DNA from: Ignavibacteriales bacterium
GTDB taxonomy: Bacteria > Bacteroidota > Ignavibacteria > UBA10030 > UBA6906
Length of the DNA: 26,767 bases
Direction of reading: 5' to 3'
NCBI GenBank assembly: GCA_037441705.1
Contig: JBBIRR010000049.1
Coordinates: forward strand, 1 to 26,767
Both the position numbers and the translations under genes were made by a program. Under the pieces are notes generated by a model. That model was not told the DNA's origin. It did no database searches and worked only from the letters and a program-made list of their open reading frames with translations. Positions 1-7,954 of the stretch are shown in pieces (positions within the stretch are counted from its first letter, which is position 1; every line of letters starts with the position of its first letter).

Positions 1-894
1 GACGGTCTCGGTGGTCGCCTGAAAGGACTCGGGCGTGATGCCGCGTCGATGCAGTTCCTCGCGCAGGCGCAGCAGATTCCATTGCCGCATTGCTTCGTTG
101 TAGGTGAGCAGCGGGATATGCGGGATGCGCGGCACGCCTTTGATTTCGATGCGCGTACCTCCGCTCACGCTCACGTTCACATCCTGCCGCGCAGCGCCCA
201 TCCCCGTTCGCACCCTGCCGGTGCTGCGGACCATCCAGCGGCACAACTCGGCGACTTCGGCAACCTCGTAGGGCGTCTTCATGTCCGGCGCTGTCACGGT
301 TTCAATCAGCGGCATCCCGAGGCGATCGGTCAAGTACACGCGTTGGTGCCCGATGTCGCTCACTTCACGACATGAATCTTCTTCAATCGACATCTGCACA
401 ACGCGCACCTCCCGACCTTTGAACGGAATCCTGCCGTTGAGCGCGAAGATCGCCGTGCGTTGAAAGCCGGTCGGAATGCTGCCGTCCAGATATTGTTTGC
501 GGGCGATATGAATTTCATCCACCAGATCACAGCCATACATCATGCCGATGCCGAGCGCGATGTCCAGTGCTTCCTCGTTCATGGGGAACGGCGGCGTGTC
601 GTCCATCTCGTAGGTGCAGACCGTTTCGCGGTTGATTCTGTAGATGATCTCTTTTTTGGTCTTGAATTCCATCAGCGCCGTGCCATCGTACTCGCCCAGC
701 TCGGAAAGTGTCGGCCGCATGTGGCGGAGAATCTCGGCGTCGTGGCGCTCGCTGTATCTGCCGGCAGGGCAGCGACAGAAGAGCTTCTTGGAGGTGAGGA
801 GTTGTTGATGGATTTCGAGACCGGACGTGAAGCCGACTGCGGCATAGTCGGCGTCGGTCATTTCGTGAAATGGCTTGAAGTGAAAACCGTGCAT
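1..894 (-). CDS. gatE: Glu-tRNA(Gln) amidotransferase subunit E (GatE)-like protein, runs off the left edge of the window
   Basis: Manual minus-strand translation from ATG at 894 stays open to position 1: MHGFHFKPFHEMTDADYAAVGFTSGLEIHQQLLTSKKLFCRCP...MRPTLSELGEYD...RKQYLDGSIPTGFQRT...EEDSCR...DRLGMPLIE...RQDVNVSVSGGTRIEIKGV. The SELGE and DGS..TGFQRT motifs are GatE-type; GatB has RKNYFYPD..KGYQ there. Start codon is uncertain. Confidence 0.88.
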   Translation of the reverse strand, partial: MHGFHFKPFHEMTDADYAAVGFTSGLEIHQQLLTSKKLFCRCPAGRYSERHDAEILRHMRPTLSELGEYDGTALMEFKTKKEIIYRINRETVCTYEMDDTPPFPMNEEALDIALGIGMMYGCDLVDEIHIARKQYLDGSIPTGFQRTAIFALNGRIPFKGREVRVVQMSIEEDSCREVSDIGHQRVYLTDRLGMPLIETVTAPDMKTPYEVAEVAELCRWMVRSTGRVRTGMGAARQDVNVSVSGGTRIEIKGVPRIPHIPLLTYNEAMRQWNLLRLREELHRRGITPESFQATTETV

Positions 895-1074
895 GAAGAT
901 GATCGGGTATTTGACGTCAACGGATTCATTGTGCAGGTCGGTGAAACGATTTGCGCAAATTGCGCAAATCGGGGATGACTCGACCAGGATCGTCATTTCC
1001 ACTTCTATTCTACTGACTTTTTGGGTGTGGTGCAAAAGAGATACGCTTATGGCAGTGGTGGAAATTCAACTCTG

Positions 1075-1103
1075 TTGCATCTTCCGTTCCTTCGTGGTAT
1101 TTT
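1075..1103 (+). promoter_or_regulatory. Putative sigma70-type promoter (TTGCAT-N17-TATTTT)
   Basis: -35 at 1075-1080, 17-nt spacer, -10 at 1098-1103. The same arrangement precedes the second copy of the leader hairpin. Confidence 0.45.
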
Positions 1104-1111
1104 CATTTTGG

Positions 1112-1171
1112 AAGCCGTTCTCTGTTACCATAGACTTGTATGTTGGGTGGCAGAGCGCGGCTTTTGTTTTT
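1112..1171 (+). ncRNA. Structured leader/small RNA, copy 1 (hairpin followed by U-rich tract)
   Basis: AAGCCG (1112-1117) pairs with CGGCTT (1158-1163), CTCTGTTACC pairs with GGTGGCAGAG, then TTGTTTTT. The first 20 nt match copy 2 at 19/20. Confidence 0.6.
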
Positions 1172-1321
1172 GGGTCGCCGCCGTATGTCACCCCTCGTTG
1201 CAAAGCCTATCGGAGCTTCCCTGTTGCGAAGAACCGTCAGGGGACTTATGCCCGCCCTACGATCTCTGCAAAGAGAACGGCCGCTTTCACACACATCGTT
1301 CAACGACCATTGGAGCGTGCC

Positions 1322-1642
1322 ATGTTGCACAAGGTGTCTTCCTGCTTGCTCATACTTGTTTTTGTTTGTGCGTCACCTCTCGTTGCGCAGACAGTCAAGA
1401 AGGACGAGAAAAAAGAATCGAAGCCGGCCGCCGTCAATCAGGCAAAGGATGTGAAGAAACCATCCGCGCCCCGGACGATGAAGTTCGTCTCGTGCAGCCA
1501 GTCCGGGTGTGGATTCTGGGCAAAGAGTCACAGCGCGAAAGAGCTGAGGATTATCATGAAACGCCATGCACGGGTTTACCACAAGACGGCATTGGCGTAC
1601 AAGCAACTGAAAGAGATGGTCAAGAAGCACGAGGCGAAGTAG
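1322..1642 (+). CDS. Small secreted DUF1059-like putative metal-binding protein (106 aa)
   Basis: ATG at 1322 follows GGAG. Signal peptide MLHKVSSCLLILVFVCASPLVA, Lys-rich linker, C-x4-C-GF...EL...H-x4-H pattern. Confidence 0.7.
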   Translation: MLHKVSSCLLILVFVCASPLVAQTVKKDEKKESKPAAVNQAKDVKKPSAPRTMKFVSCSQSGCGFWAKSHSAKELRIIMKRHARVYHKTALAYKQLKEMVKKHEAK

Positions 1643-1645
1643 CCG

Positions 1646-2860
1646 ATGTCCGAAGGCGTCCTCGTCACCCCTGCCAGCGAGCGTGATCTTGGACTCGTGC
1701 CGGGCAAGCCGCCGAGATTGGATTCGGTGGATTTGCTGCGCGGTCTTGTCATGGTGATTATGGCGCTCGACCACACGCATCACTTCTTCACCGCTGCGCG
1801 GTTCAGTCCCGTCAATCTCGATGAGACGACGGTGGGCCATTTTTTCACTCGCTGGCTCACGCATGTCTGTGCGCCGGCTTTCGTCTTTCTGGCCGGGACG
1901 GGAGCGTTCTTGTCCCGCTCCCGCGGCAGGACGAAGCGCGACCTTGCCTGGTTTCTCTTGACTCGCGGCGTATGGCTCATCGTACTGGAGCTGACCGTGA
2001 TGCGCATGGGATGGCAGTTCAGCTTTGACTATTCGTACGCTGTTGGCCAAACACTTTGGGCGATCGGCTGGTCCATGGTGGTTCTTGCTGGTCTCGTCTT
2101 CCTTCCGATTACGGTCACTGCGGCGTTCGGCGTTGTAATGGTTGCCGCGCACAACGCGCTCGACGGTCTTCGGCCGAAGATGTTCGGCGATCTGGCATGG
2201 CTGTGGAAGATACTGCATCATGGAGGGCGCGTGCAAATTTCGGACAGCTACACGCTGAGCGCCATGTATCCTTTGATTCCCTGGATCGGCGTAATGGCGC
2301 TCGGCTATGCATTCGGTGTCCTCTTGCGCAAAGATGCACACGAGCGCAGGAAGATGCTCTTGTGGCTGGGTGGCGGTGCAACGGCGGCGTTTGTTCTTCT
2401 TCGCTGGCTGAATATCTATGGCGACCCGAAGCCCTGGCAAACGTATGACGCCGCGATCTTCACGATCATGAGCTTTCTCAATTGCGACAAGTACCCTCCG
2501 TCGCTTCTGTTTCTGTTGATGACGATGGGGCCGGCGATTGCCTCGCTGGCCTTCTTTGAAAAGGCTCGGGGGAGGGTAGCAGACTTTTTCATCACGTTCG
2601 GGCGGGTGCCGTTGTTCTTCTACGTCGTCCATATCTTTCTGCTCCACGCACTCGCCGTTCTTGCCGCGTACACAACGATCGGAGGCCCCGGCACGCTCGT
2701 GGGGAGCGCCAAACCGTTAGAGCTGCCTCAAGGCTACGGGTTCAGTTTGCCGGTTGTGTACCTTGTGTGGATCGGAGTGGTAGCAATGCTTTATCCGGTT
2801 TGCCGTTGGTATGCAGAGGTGAAGCGGCGGTCGAGAAGCCCGCTGCTCAGTTATCTCTGA
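1646..2860 (+). CDS. DUF1624 / HGSNAT-like multi-pass membrane protein (putative acyltransferase)
   Basis: RLDSVDLLRGLVMVIMALDH, TRWLTHVCAPAFVFLAG, KYPPSLLFLL and FGRVPLFFY motifs; many TM segments; starts 3 nt after the previous stop. Confidence 0.88.
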   Translation: MSEGVLVTPASERDLGLVPGKPPRLDSVDLLRGLVMVIMALDHTHHFFTAARFSPVNLDETTVGHFFTRWLTHVCAPAFVFLAGTGAFLSRSRGRTKRDLAWFLLTRGVWLIVLELTVMRMGWQFSFDYSYAVGQTLWAIGWSMVVLAGLVFLPITVTAAFGVVMVAAHNALDGLRPKMFGDLAWLWKILHHGGRVQISDSYTLSAMYPLIPWIGVMALGYAFGVLLRKDAHERRKMLLWLGGGATAAFVLLRWLNIYGDPKPWQTYDAAIFTIMSFLNCDKYPPSLLFLLMTMGPAIASLAFFEKARGRVADFFITFGRVPLFFYVVHIFLLHALAVLAAYTTIGGPGTLVGSAKPLELPQGYGFSLPVVYLVWIGVVAMLYPVCRWYAEVKRRSRSPLLSYL

Positions 2861-2888
2861 GCGTTTACGATCGTGATCGAAGGTGTCC

Positions 2889-2917
2889 TTGATTCTTGAG
2901 TGGACACCCCGTATTTT
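2889..2917 (+). promoter_or_regulatory. Putative sigma70-type promoter of the pgs operon (TTGATT-N17-TATTTT)
   Basis: -35 at 2889-2894, 17-nt spacer, -10 at 2912-2917. Same -10 hexamer and near-identical spacing to the hairpin as at 1075-1103. Confidence 0.5.
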
Positions 2918-2926
2918 CTAAACAGA

Positions 2927-2989
2927 AAGCCGTTCTCTGATACCATTTGTTCAAAAGCATCGAGGTGTCGTGGAGCGGCTTGATTTTTT
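2927..2989 (+). ncRNA. Structured leader/small RNA, copy 2 (hairpin followed by U-rich tract)
   Basis: AAGCCGTTC pairs with GAGCGGCTT (2973-2981), TGATACC pairs with GGTGTCG, then GATTTTTT. Confidence 0.6.
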
Positions 2990-3126
2990 CTCCCCACACA
3001 ATCTCCTCGGGCTGCTCTTACGCGTCCCTCCGTGCTGCGATAACGTTCAGGGTTGCGCGCGCGTACTATCGGAAATTCCTCTCCGTTCCTTCGGCTACCG
3101 AGGGGTTAATCAAGCGACGGTAGAAC

Positions 3127-4362
3127 ATGTACACATCTTACGTACTGCTGCTGTTCCTCATTCTCTTCATGGTCTATGGGGTGATAGAGTACCATCGTCA
3201 CCAGCGTATGGTTCGTTCGATCTCCATTCGCGTGCACGTGAATGGAACGCGGGGCAAGTCGAGCGTAACGCGCCTCATCGGTGCAGGACTCCGTGCAGGC
3301 GGCATCAAAACGATCACGAAGGTGACAGGAACCTATCCGCGTCTCATTCTTGAGGACGGGCGCGATGTTCACATTCATCGTCGGGGGGATGCAAACATCA
3401 TCGAGCAGGTGGCGATCGTTCGGTTTGCCGCCGAGCGCAATGCACAGGCGCTTGTCGTCGAGTGTATGGCGCTCGAGCAGCTTTATCAGCGGCTGGTGGA
3501 GCGGCAGATGCTGCACGCCACCGTCGGCGTGATTACGAATGTCCGGCTGGATCATATTGACATCATGGGCCGGACCCTCCCGCAGATCGCAAGCGTGTTA
3601 GCCGAAACGATACCGGCTGGCAAGCCTCTCTTTACGGCCGAGCATGTTGTGTCGGACGTCTTGAGGCGATTTGCGGAGAAGAAAAATTCAACGCTGATCT
3701 GTACCACCGAAGATTCCGTCTCCCGAGAGGAGATGAACGGATTCGGTTATATCGAACATCGAGAGAATGTTGCACTGGCGCTCGCCGTTTGCCAGCATCT
3801 CGGCGTTGATCGGCAGGTGGCACTGCGCGGCATGTACGGCGCGACGCCCGATGCAGGCGCCCTGAAGCGCTTCGTCGTTCAGGCGTTCGGGAAGCGGCTC
3901 GTGTTCTACAACGCATTTGCTGCGAACGATCCCGACTCGACCTATCTCGTGTGGAAACGCTTGAGAGACGAGATCGGATTTGAGGGGACACGCATCGTTC
4001 TTCTCAATACACGCCAGGACAGAATGGACCGTGCCCGTCAGCTTGCCGAGCTTGCAGGGAAGAAACTCACGCACGACATGGATTATCTGATGCTGATCGG
4101 CCAGTGTCCCGAAGTGGTGCGAGGGATGGCAATCCGGTACGGGGTGGATGCGGATAGAATTCTCACCGTCGGGTGGACGACACCGGAGCATGTGTTCGAG
4201 CAGGTTCTTCAGGCAACGAACGCAGTTTCGACGATCGTCGCGATCGGCAACATGGGAGGGATGGGCGGTCGCGTCGCGGATTTTTTTGAAAACAGGAGTC
4301 TGAACAAACATGATCGAGTTGGCAATTACGTTGGGTCTGGTTCTGAGTCTGCTGTCGTATGA
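3127..4362 (+). CDS. pgsB: Poly-gamma-glutamate synthase PgsB/CapB
   Basis: N-terminal TM; RVHVNGTRGKSSVTRLI P-loop, KVTGT, NIIEQ, VVECMAL, ITNVRLDH, NAFAAND; Mur-ligase fold. Confidence 0.95.
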   Translation: MYTSYVLLLFLILFMVYGVIEYHRHQRMVRSISIRVHVNGTRGKSSVTRLIGAGLRAGGIKTITKVTGTYPRLILEDGRDVHIHRRGDANIIEQVAIVRFAAERNAQALVVECMALEQLYQRLVERQMLHATVGVITNVRLDHIDIMGRTLPQIASVLAETIPAGKPLFTAEHVVSDVLRRFAEKKNSTLICTTEDSVSREEMNGFGYIEHRENVALALAVCQHLGVDRQVALRGMYGATPDAGALKRFVVQAFGKRLVFYNAFAANDPDSTYLVWKRLRDEIGFEGTRIVLLNTRQDRMDRARQLAELAGKKLTHDMDYLMLIGQCPEVVRGMAIRYGVDADRILTVGWTTPEHVFEQVLQATNAVSTIVAIGNMGGMGGRVADFFENRSLNKHDRVGNYVGSGSESAVV

Positions 4363-4765
4363 GGTCTTCGGGCTGGCGGCCGGCGGCATCGTCGTTCCCG
4401 GCTACATCGCCTTGCATCTGTCGCAGATTGACCGCATGGGCGGTGTCCTGCTTGTCAGTCTGCTGACGTTCGTGATCGTCAAAGTAGCCGGCAACTATAC
4501 GTTTCTGTACGGACGTCGCCAGATGGTGGTGAGTTTGCTGATCGGCGCCCTGTTGGCCAACTTCTCGCGGCAATTTCTAACGCTGGATGTTGCCTCGTCC
4601 GTTGTCGAGTTGACGGCCATCGGGTGGGTGGTTCCCGGACTTATTGCCCATTGGTTTGGTAAGCAGGGAATCTTCAAGACACTCTGTGCTCTGTTCGTCA
4701 CGTCGGTCATGGTACGGTTTACGGTCATCGTGCTGTTCGGCGGCGATCTCTTTCCGGGCGGATAA
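4310..4765 (+). CDS. pgsC: Poly-gamma-glutamate biosynthesis protein PgsC/CapC
   Basis: GLAAGGIVVPGYIAL, LYGRR, IGWVVPGLIA...KQG motifs; 151-aa membrane protein overlapping the end of pgsB. Confidence 0.95.
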   Translation: MIELAITLGLVLSLLSYEVFGLAAGGIVVPGYIALHLSQIDRMGGVLLVSLLTFVIVKVAGNYTFLYGRRQMVVSLLIGALLANFSRQFLTLDVASSVVELTAIGWVVPGLIAHWFGKQGIFKTLCALFVTSVMVRFTVIVLFGGDLFPGG

Positions 4766-4783
4766 CTTTGATAGTGAAAATGT

Positions 4784-5917
4784 ATGGCATCACCAAATTC
4801 AAACTCGAATCCTCTGCTGGCCGTGTTTGCCATTGCGGCGCTGCTTGCGCTCTTGGCGGTCGAGAACTCGAAGCTCGACGTCAAACAGAAGTGGTACAGC
4901 GAGAAGCTTGAGGCAGCGAGGCTGGCGCAAGCGGCCGAGCAGTGCATCAAGAACCATCGGCTCGAACGCGGCGTGTACGTAGATAACGTCAACGACCCGA
5001 ACGAGACGGCCCTCATCGGCCAAAACCTCACGCCGATCACCACCGATCGGGGCGACATCGAGGCCAAACTCGCGTCCACCAATCCGAATTTTGCTGCCGT
5101 CGTAGTCGAGCTGCTGAAGCAAGCAGGCGTCAAGGAGAAGGACTACGTTGCCGTTGCCATGACTGGCTCGTTTCCCGCCCTCAATATTTCGGTCTTCGCC
5201 GCGCTGACGACGCTGAAGCTCAACCCCATAGTGATTACGTCGGTCGGCGCGTCCAATTGGGGAGCCAATGATCCGTCCTTCACATGGCTCGACATGGAAC
5301 GCCTGCTTCAGGAAAAGAATGTCTTTCGTATCCGATCGGTTGCGGCATCCATCGGAGGCGGCGAAGATCTGGGAAGAGGGCTGAGTCCCGAAGGGCGCGA
5401 GATGATTGTTCAAGCCATCAAGCGAAACAACGTTGCTCTCATCCGCGAGGAGCATCTCGAACGCAGCATCGAACGGCGCCTCAAGATGTACGAGGAACAC
5501 GCAAGGGGCAAGCCCATCAAGGCGTACATCAATGTGGGGGGAGGGATCGCGAGCCTTGGGACGGTGGTCAACGGTGAGCTTATCCCCAGCGGACTGTCGA
5601 AGGAACTTCCCGTGAGAAACTATCCGGTGCGCGGGGTGATTGTTGAGATGGCCCGGCGCGGCGTTCCGATCATTCACCTTTACAACATCCGCCAGTTGTG
5701 GGCTGCCCACGAGCTTCCTCTGAATCCCATCCCCCTTCCAGAACCCGGCTCGGGCGGCGTCTTTGTCCGCACGAAATACAATGTGACCATCGCCGCGATA
5801 GCGCTCTGCGTTCTCACAGCAACGATCCTTGTTGCCGCGTACATCGATAGGCGAAGGCATCGCTTGGGGACGGAGCTGGTTCCACGACTCAGTCCGGAGG
5901 TCGGCCATGATCTATAG
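4784..5917 (+). CDS. pgsW: Poly-gamma-glutamate system protein PgsW
   Basis: DPNETALIG...TPITTDRGDIEAKLASTNPNFAA, GSFPALN, SVGASNWGAN, SIGGGEDLG, YINVGGG; N- and C-terminal TM; follows pgsBC. Confidence 0.88.
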   Translation: MASPNSNSNPLLAVFAIAALLALLAVENSKLDVKQKWYSEKLEAARLAQAAEQCIKNHRLERGVYVDNVNDPNETALIGQNLTPITTDRGDIEAKLASTNPNFAAVVVELLKQAGVKEKDYVAVAMTGSFPALNISVFAALTTLKLNPIVITSVGASNWGANDPSFTWLDMERLLQEKNVFRIRSVAASIGGGEDLGRGLSPEGREMIVQAIKRNNVALIREEHLERSIERRLKMYEEHARGKPIKAYINVGGGIASLGTVVNGELIPSGLSKELPVRNYPVRGVIVEMARRGVPIIHLYNIRQLWAAHELPLNPIPLPEPGSGGVFVRTKYNVTIAAIALCVLTATILVAAYIDRRRHRLGTELVPRLSPEVGHDL

Positions 5918-6836
5918 TCGTTCCAACAACAATCTCATGTGCGTTCTATACCTATCGCTCATGATTGCAGCGGTGGCCGTCGGGCCATCCGCTGCCGCAG
6001 CGAAGAAACGTCTTGAACTGAAGCCGAAGGATGCAGCAGAAATGTCCATTGTCAACGCGGGAAAGAAGCGAACGTACTACCAGCTCAGCGCTACCAGACC
6101 GATCGTTGTGTCGGTGAAAGGTCCAGGTCAGCTCCGCATCATCACCCGCACACGTTTTGCAGACAGGGCTGCAGAACCGATGAATTATCGTGTCGTGTAC
6201 AGGATTGATCGAGGCGAAGATCAGGTGGTTGCGTTCGAAGGCATAGTGCCGTCGGTCGTAGCCAGATATCAGAACGGCGCGGCGGGCATTCCCGGCACAT
6301 CACGGAGTCTCTCGTTGAAAATCGGGCGGGGCGTGCACACGGTTGCGTTGAGGATGGAAAGTCCGCTTCCCGATATCTGTGCACGGTTTCTCTTTGCGCC
6401 GCAGAGCGACAGAACAACAAAGTGGATCAGCCTTTCTCCTCTTGCGCCCATCGAGCCGGTGGATCTGTTTGTCGGTGAAGAAACCGTGCATTACTACCGG
6501 TTTTCTTCACGCAAGCCCTTGAAGTTTGACATCATCGGGCCGACGGTGGTACGCGTCTTTACCCGCACAGAGAATACCTACGATATGAAAGGCCAGGTTG
6601 CCTACCGCCTGCAGGTGCGTCAGGACGGCCACGTGCTGCAGTCGTTTCAGCTTAGCAGCAAGCGCTCGCAAACAGCAACCTATAAGAACAACCCTAAACT
6701 CGTTCCGGGGAAGGCACGGGAAATCACATTCAAGGTTCCCAAGGGCAGACACCAATATGAAATCGTACCGCTTGACCATCTGACGTTGTTGGGGGAAATC
6801 TTGTTTCCGAGAAAGGATGCCAAACTTGGACTCTGA
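5907..6836 (+). CDS. Hypothetical secreted basic protein with two tandem beta-rich repeats
   Basis: GGAGG at 5896-5900 before ATG 5907, overlapping the pgsW stop. Signal-like segment ending PSAAAA. Internal repeat YYQLS..RPIVVSVKGPGQLRIITR versus YYRFS..KPLKFDIIGPTVVRVFTR. Confidence 0.8.
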   Translation: MIYSRSNNNLMCVLYLSLMIAAVAVGPSAAAAKKRLELKPKDAAEMSIVNAGKKRTYYQLSATRPIVVSVKGPGQLRIITRTRFADRAAEPMNYRVVYRIDRGEDQVVAFEGIVPSVVARYQNGAAGIPGTSRSLSLKIGRGVHTVALRMESPLPDICARFLFAPQSDRTTKWISLSPLAPIEPVDLFVGEETVHYYRFSSRKPLKFDIIGPTVVRVFTRTENTYDMKGQVAYRLQVRQDGHVLQSFQLSSKRSQTATYKNNPKLVPGKAREITFKVPKGRHQYEIVPLDHLTLLGEILFPRKDAKLGL

Positions 6837-7938
6837 CCTGGTAATCGACCGGAAGGCGCGCGCAATCCTGTCTTGCCTGACGTTGATGCTGGCGCTTGCC
6901 GTTCTTCCAGCACGGGCGCTCTCAGCCGGCATCATCGGCTCCTGGAAGGTTGACATCGGCCTCTCTTCGATCTACGATGACAACATTGTCCGATACTCCG
7001 ATAAGTACATCAGTCGGTTCGACAATCGCCAGGACGAGGGGCGCTTTCACATCAACACCCGCGATGACCTGATTCTCGTAAGCTCGCTGCGCACATCTGT
7101 TGTGATGAAGATGTTCGGCACGCTGAACACGACGGCGACTCTGGATGTTCGCCGACGAACGTACACGCACAACCCCATAAAGGATTGGTCATCCTACAGC
7201 TTCAGGATACGACAAGAACTGTCGAAACAACTTGTCGTGACGGTTGGGTACAACTACCTCCCCGCGTTCTACATTCGTCACTATCGCGACGATGATTGGG
7301 TGAAGGAATACGGCTACACGCCGGTGACGTTTCAACCGTTTGGCTTCAAGAAGGATGAGGCCTCCGGTACGGTGCAATATGCTATCTCGTCGAACACGCG
7401 AGTGACCGCGCTTATCTCCTATGCGCGGTACTACTACAACGAGCACTTCACGGAATACGATTCCAAGAATTCTTCGTTCGGTATCGAGATTGTGCAGAGC
7501 GTTTCCAAGACCATCAAGCTTACAGGCGATATCGGCGTGGTGTATTCGCGAGGTGTCGGGACGCCGGATATGGATCCCTCGTATCACGAAAACAACGTTG
7601 CCGTCAGCGTCAGCGTTGGGTTGCCGAAAGTCTTTGGCCGCACCAATAGCATCGAAGTAGGCGGAGAGTATGCGCGGCGTGTGTTTACCTCCACACATTA
7701 TCTTGAGCTGGACCCGAACCATGCCGGTCGGCGCGACTACGATTACCGCGTATCGGTGAAGTACAGCTACCAGCTTCTCAGCCAGTTCGCTCTCGCTCTC
7801 ACGTACGCCTGGCATCGGCGAGATGCGGTGACCTCGGCCGCGGCGAATGCTGAATACCTTGCCGAAGAAAAAGACTATCGGCAATACCAGATCGGATTGG
7901 ATCTGCGATTTACATTGAATGTACTTCCATCAAAATGA
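6817..7938 (+). CDS. Putative outer-membrane beta-barrel protein
   Basis: Signal peptide; N-terminal IGLSSIYDDNI motif; alternating amphipathic Tyr/Gly-rich strands; last strand YQIGLDLRFTL. Confidence 0.75.
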   Translation: MPNLDSDLVIDRKARAILSCLTLMLALAVLPARALSAGIIGSWKVDIGLSSIYDDNIVRYSDKYISRFDNRQDEGRFHINTRDDLILVSSLRTSVVMKMFGTLNTTATLDVRRRTYTHNPIKDWSSYSFRIRQELSKQLVVTVGYNYLPAFYIRHYRDDDWVKEYGYTPVTFQPFGFKKDEASGTVQYAISSNTRVTALISYARYYYNEHFTEYDSKNSSFGIEIVQSVSKTIKLTGDIGVVYSRGVGTPDMDPSYHENNVAVSVSVGLPKVFGRTNSIEVGGEYARRVFTSTHYLELDPNHAGRRDYDYRVSVKYSYQLLSQFALALTYAWHRRDAVTSAAANAEYLAEEKDYRQYQIGLDLRFTLNVLPSK

Positions 7939-7954
7939 TGAAAGGGAACCTGTG

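Noticed and set aside
49-978. Plus-strand ORFs 49..375, 281..463 and 460..978
   Set aside because: Antisense shadows of the gatE frame, which carries the recognisable motifs.
893-1321. N-terminal extension of ORF 893..1642 and overlapping ORF 1021..1686
   Set aside because: The signal peptide and RBS point to ATG 1322; the extension runs through the promoter and leader hairpin.
2861-3126. Sigma54 promoter for the pgs operon, and ORF 2970..3353
   Set aside because: No convincing TGGCAC-N5-TTGC found by eye; the ORF overlaps pgsB out of frame and lacks motifs.
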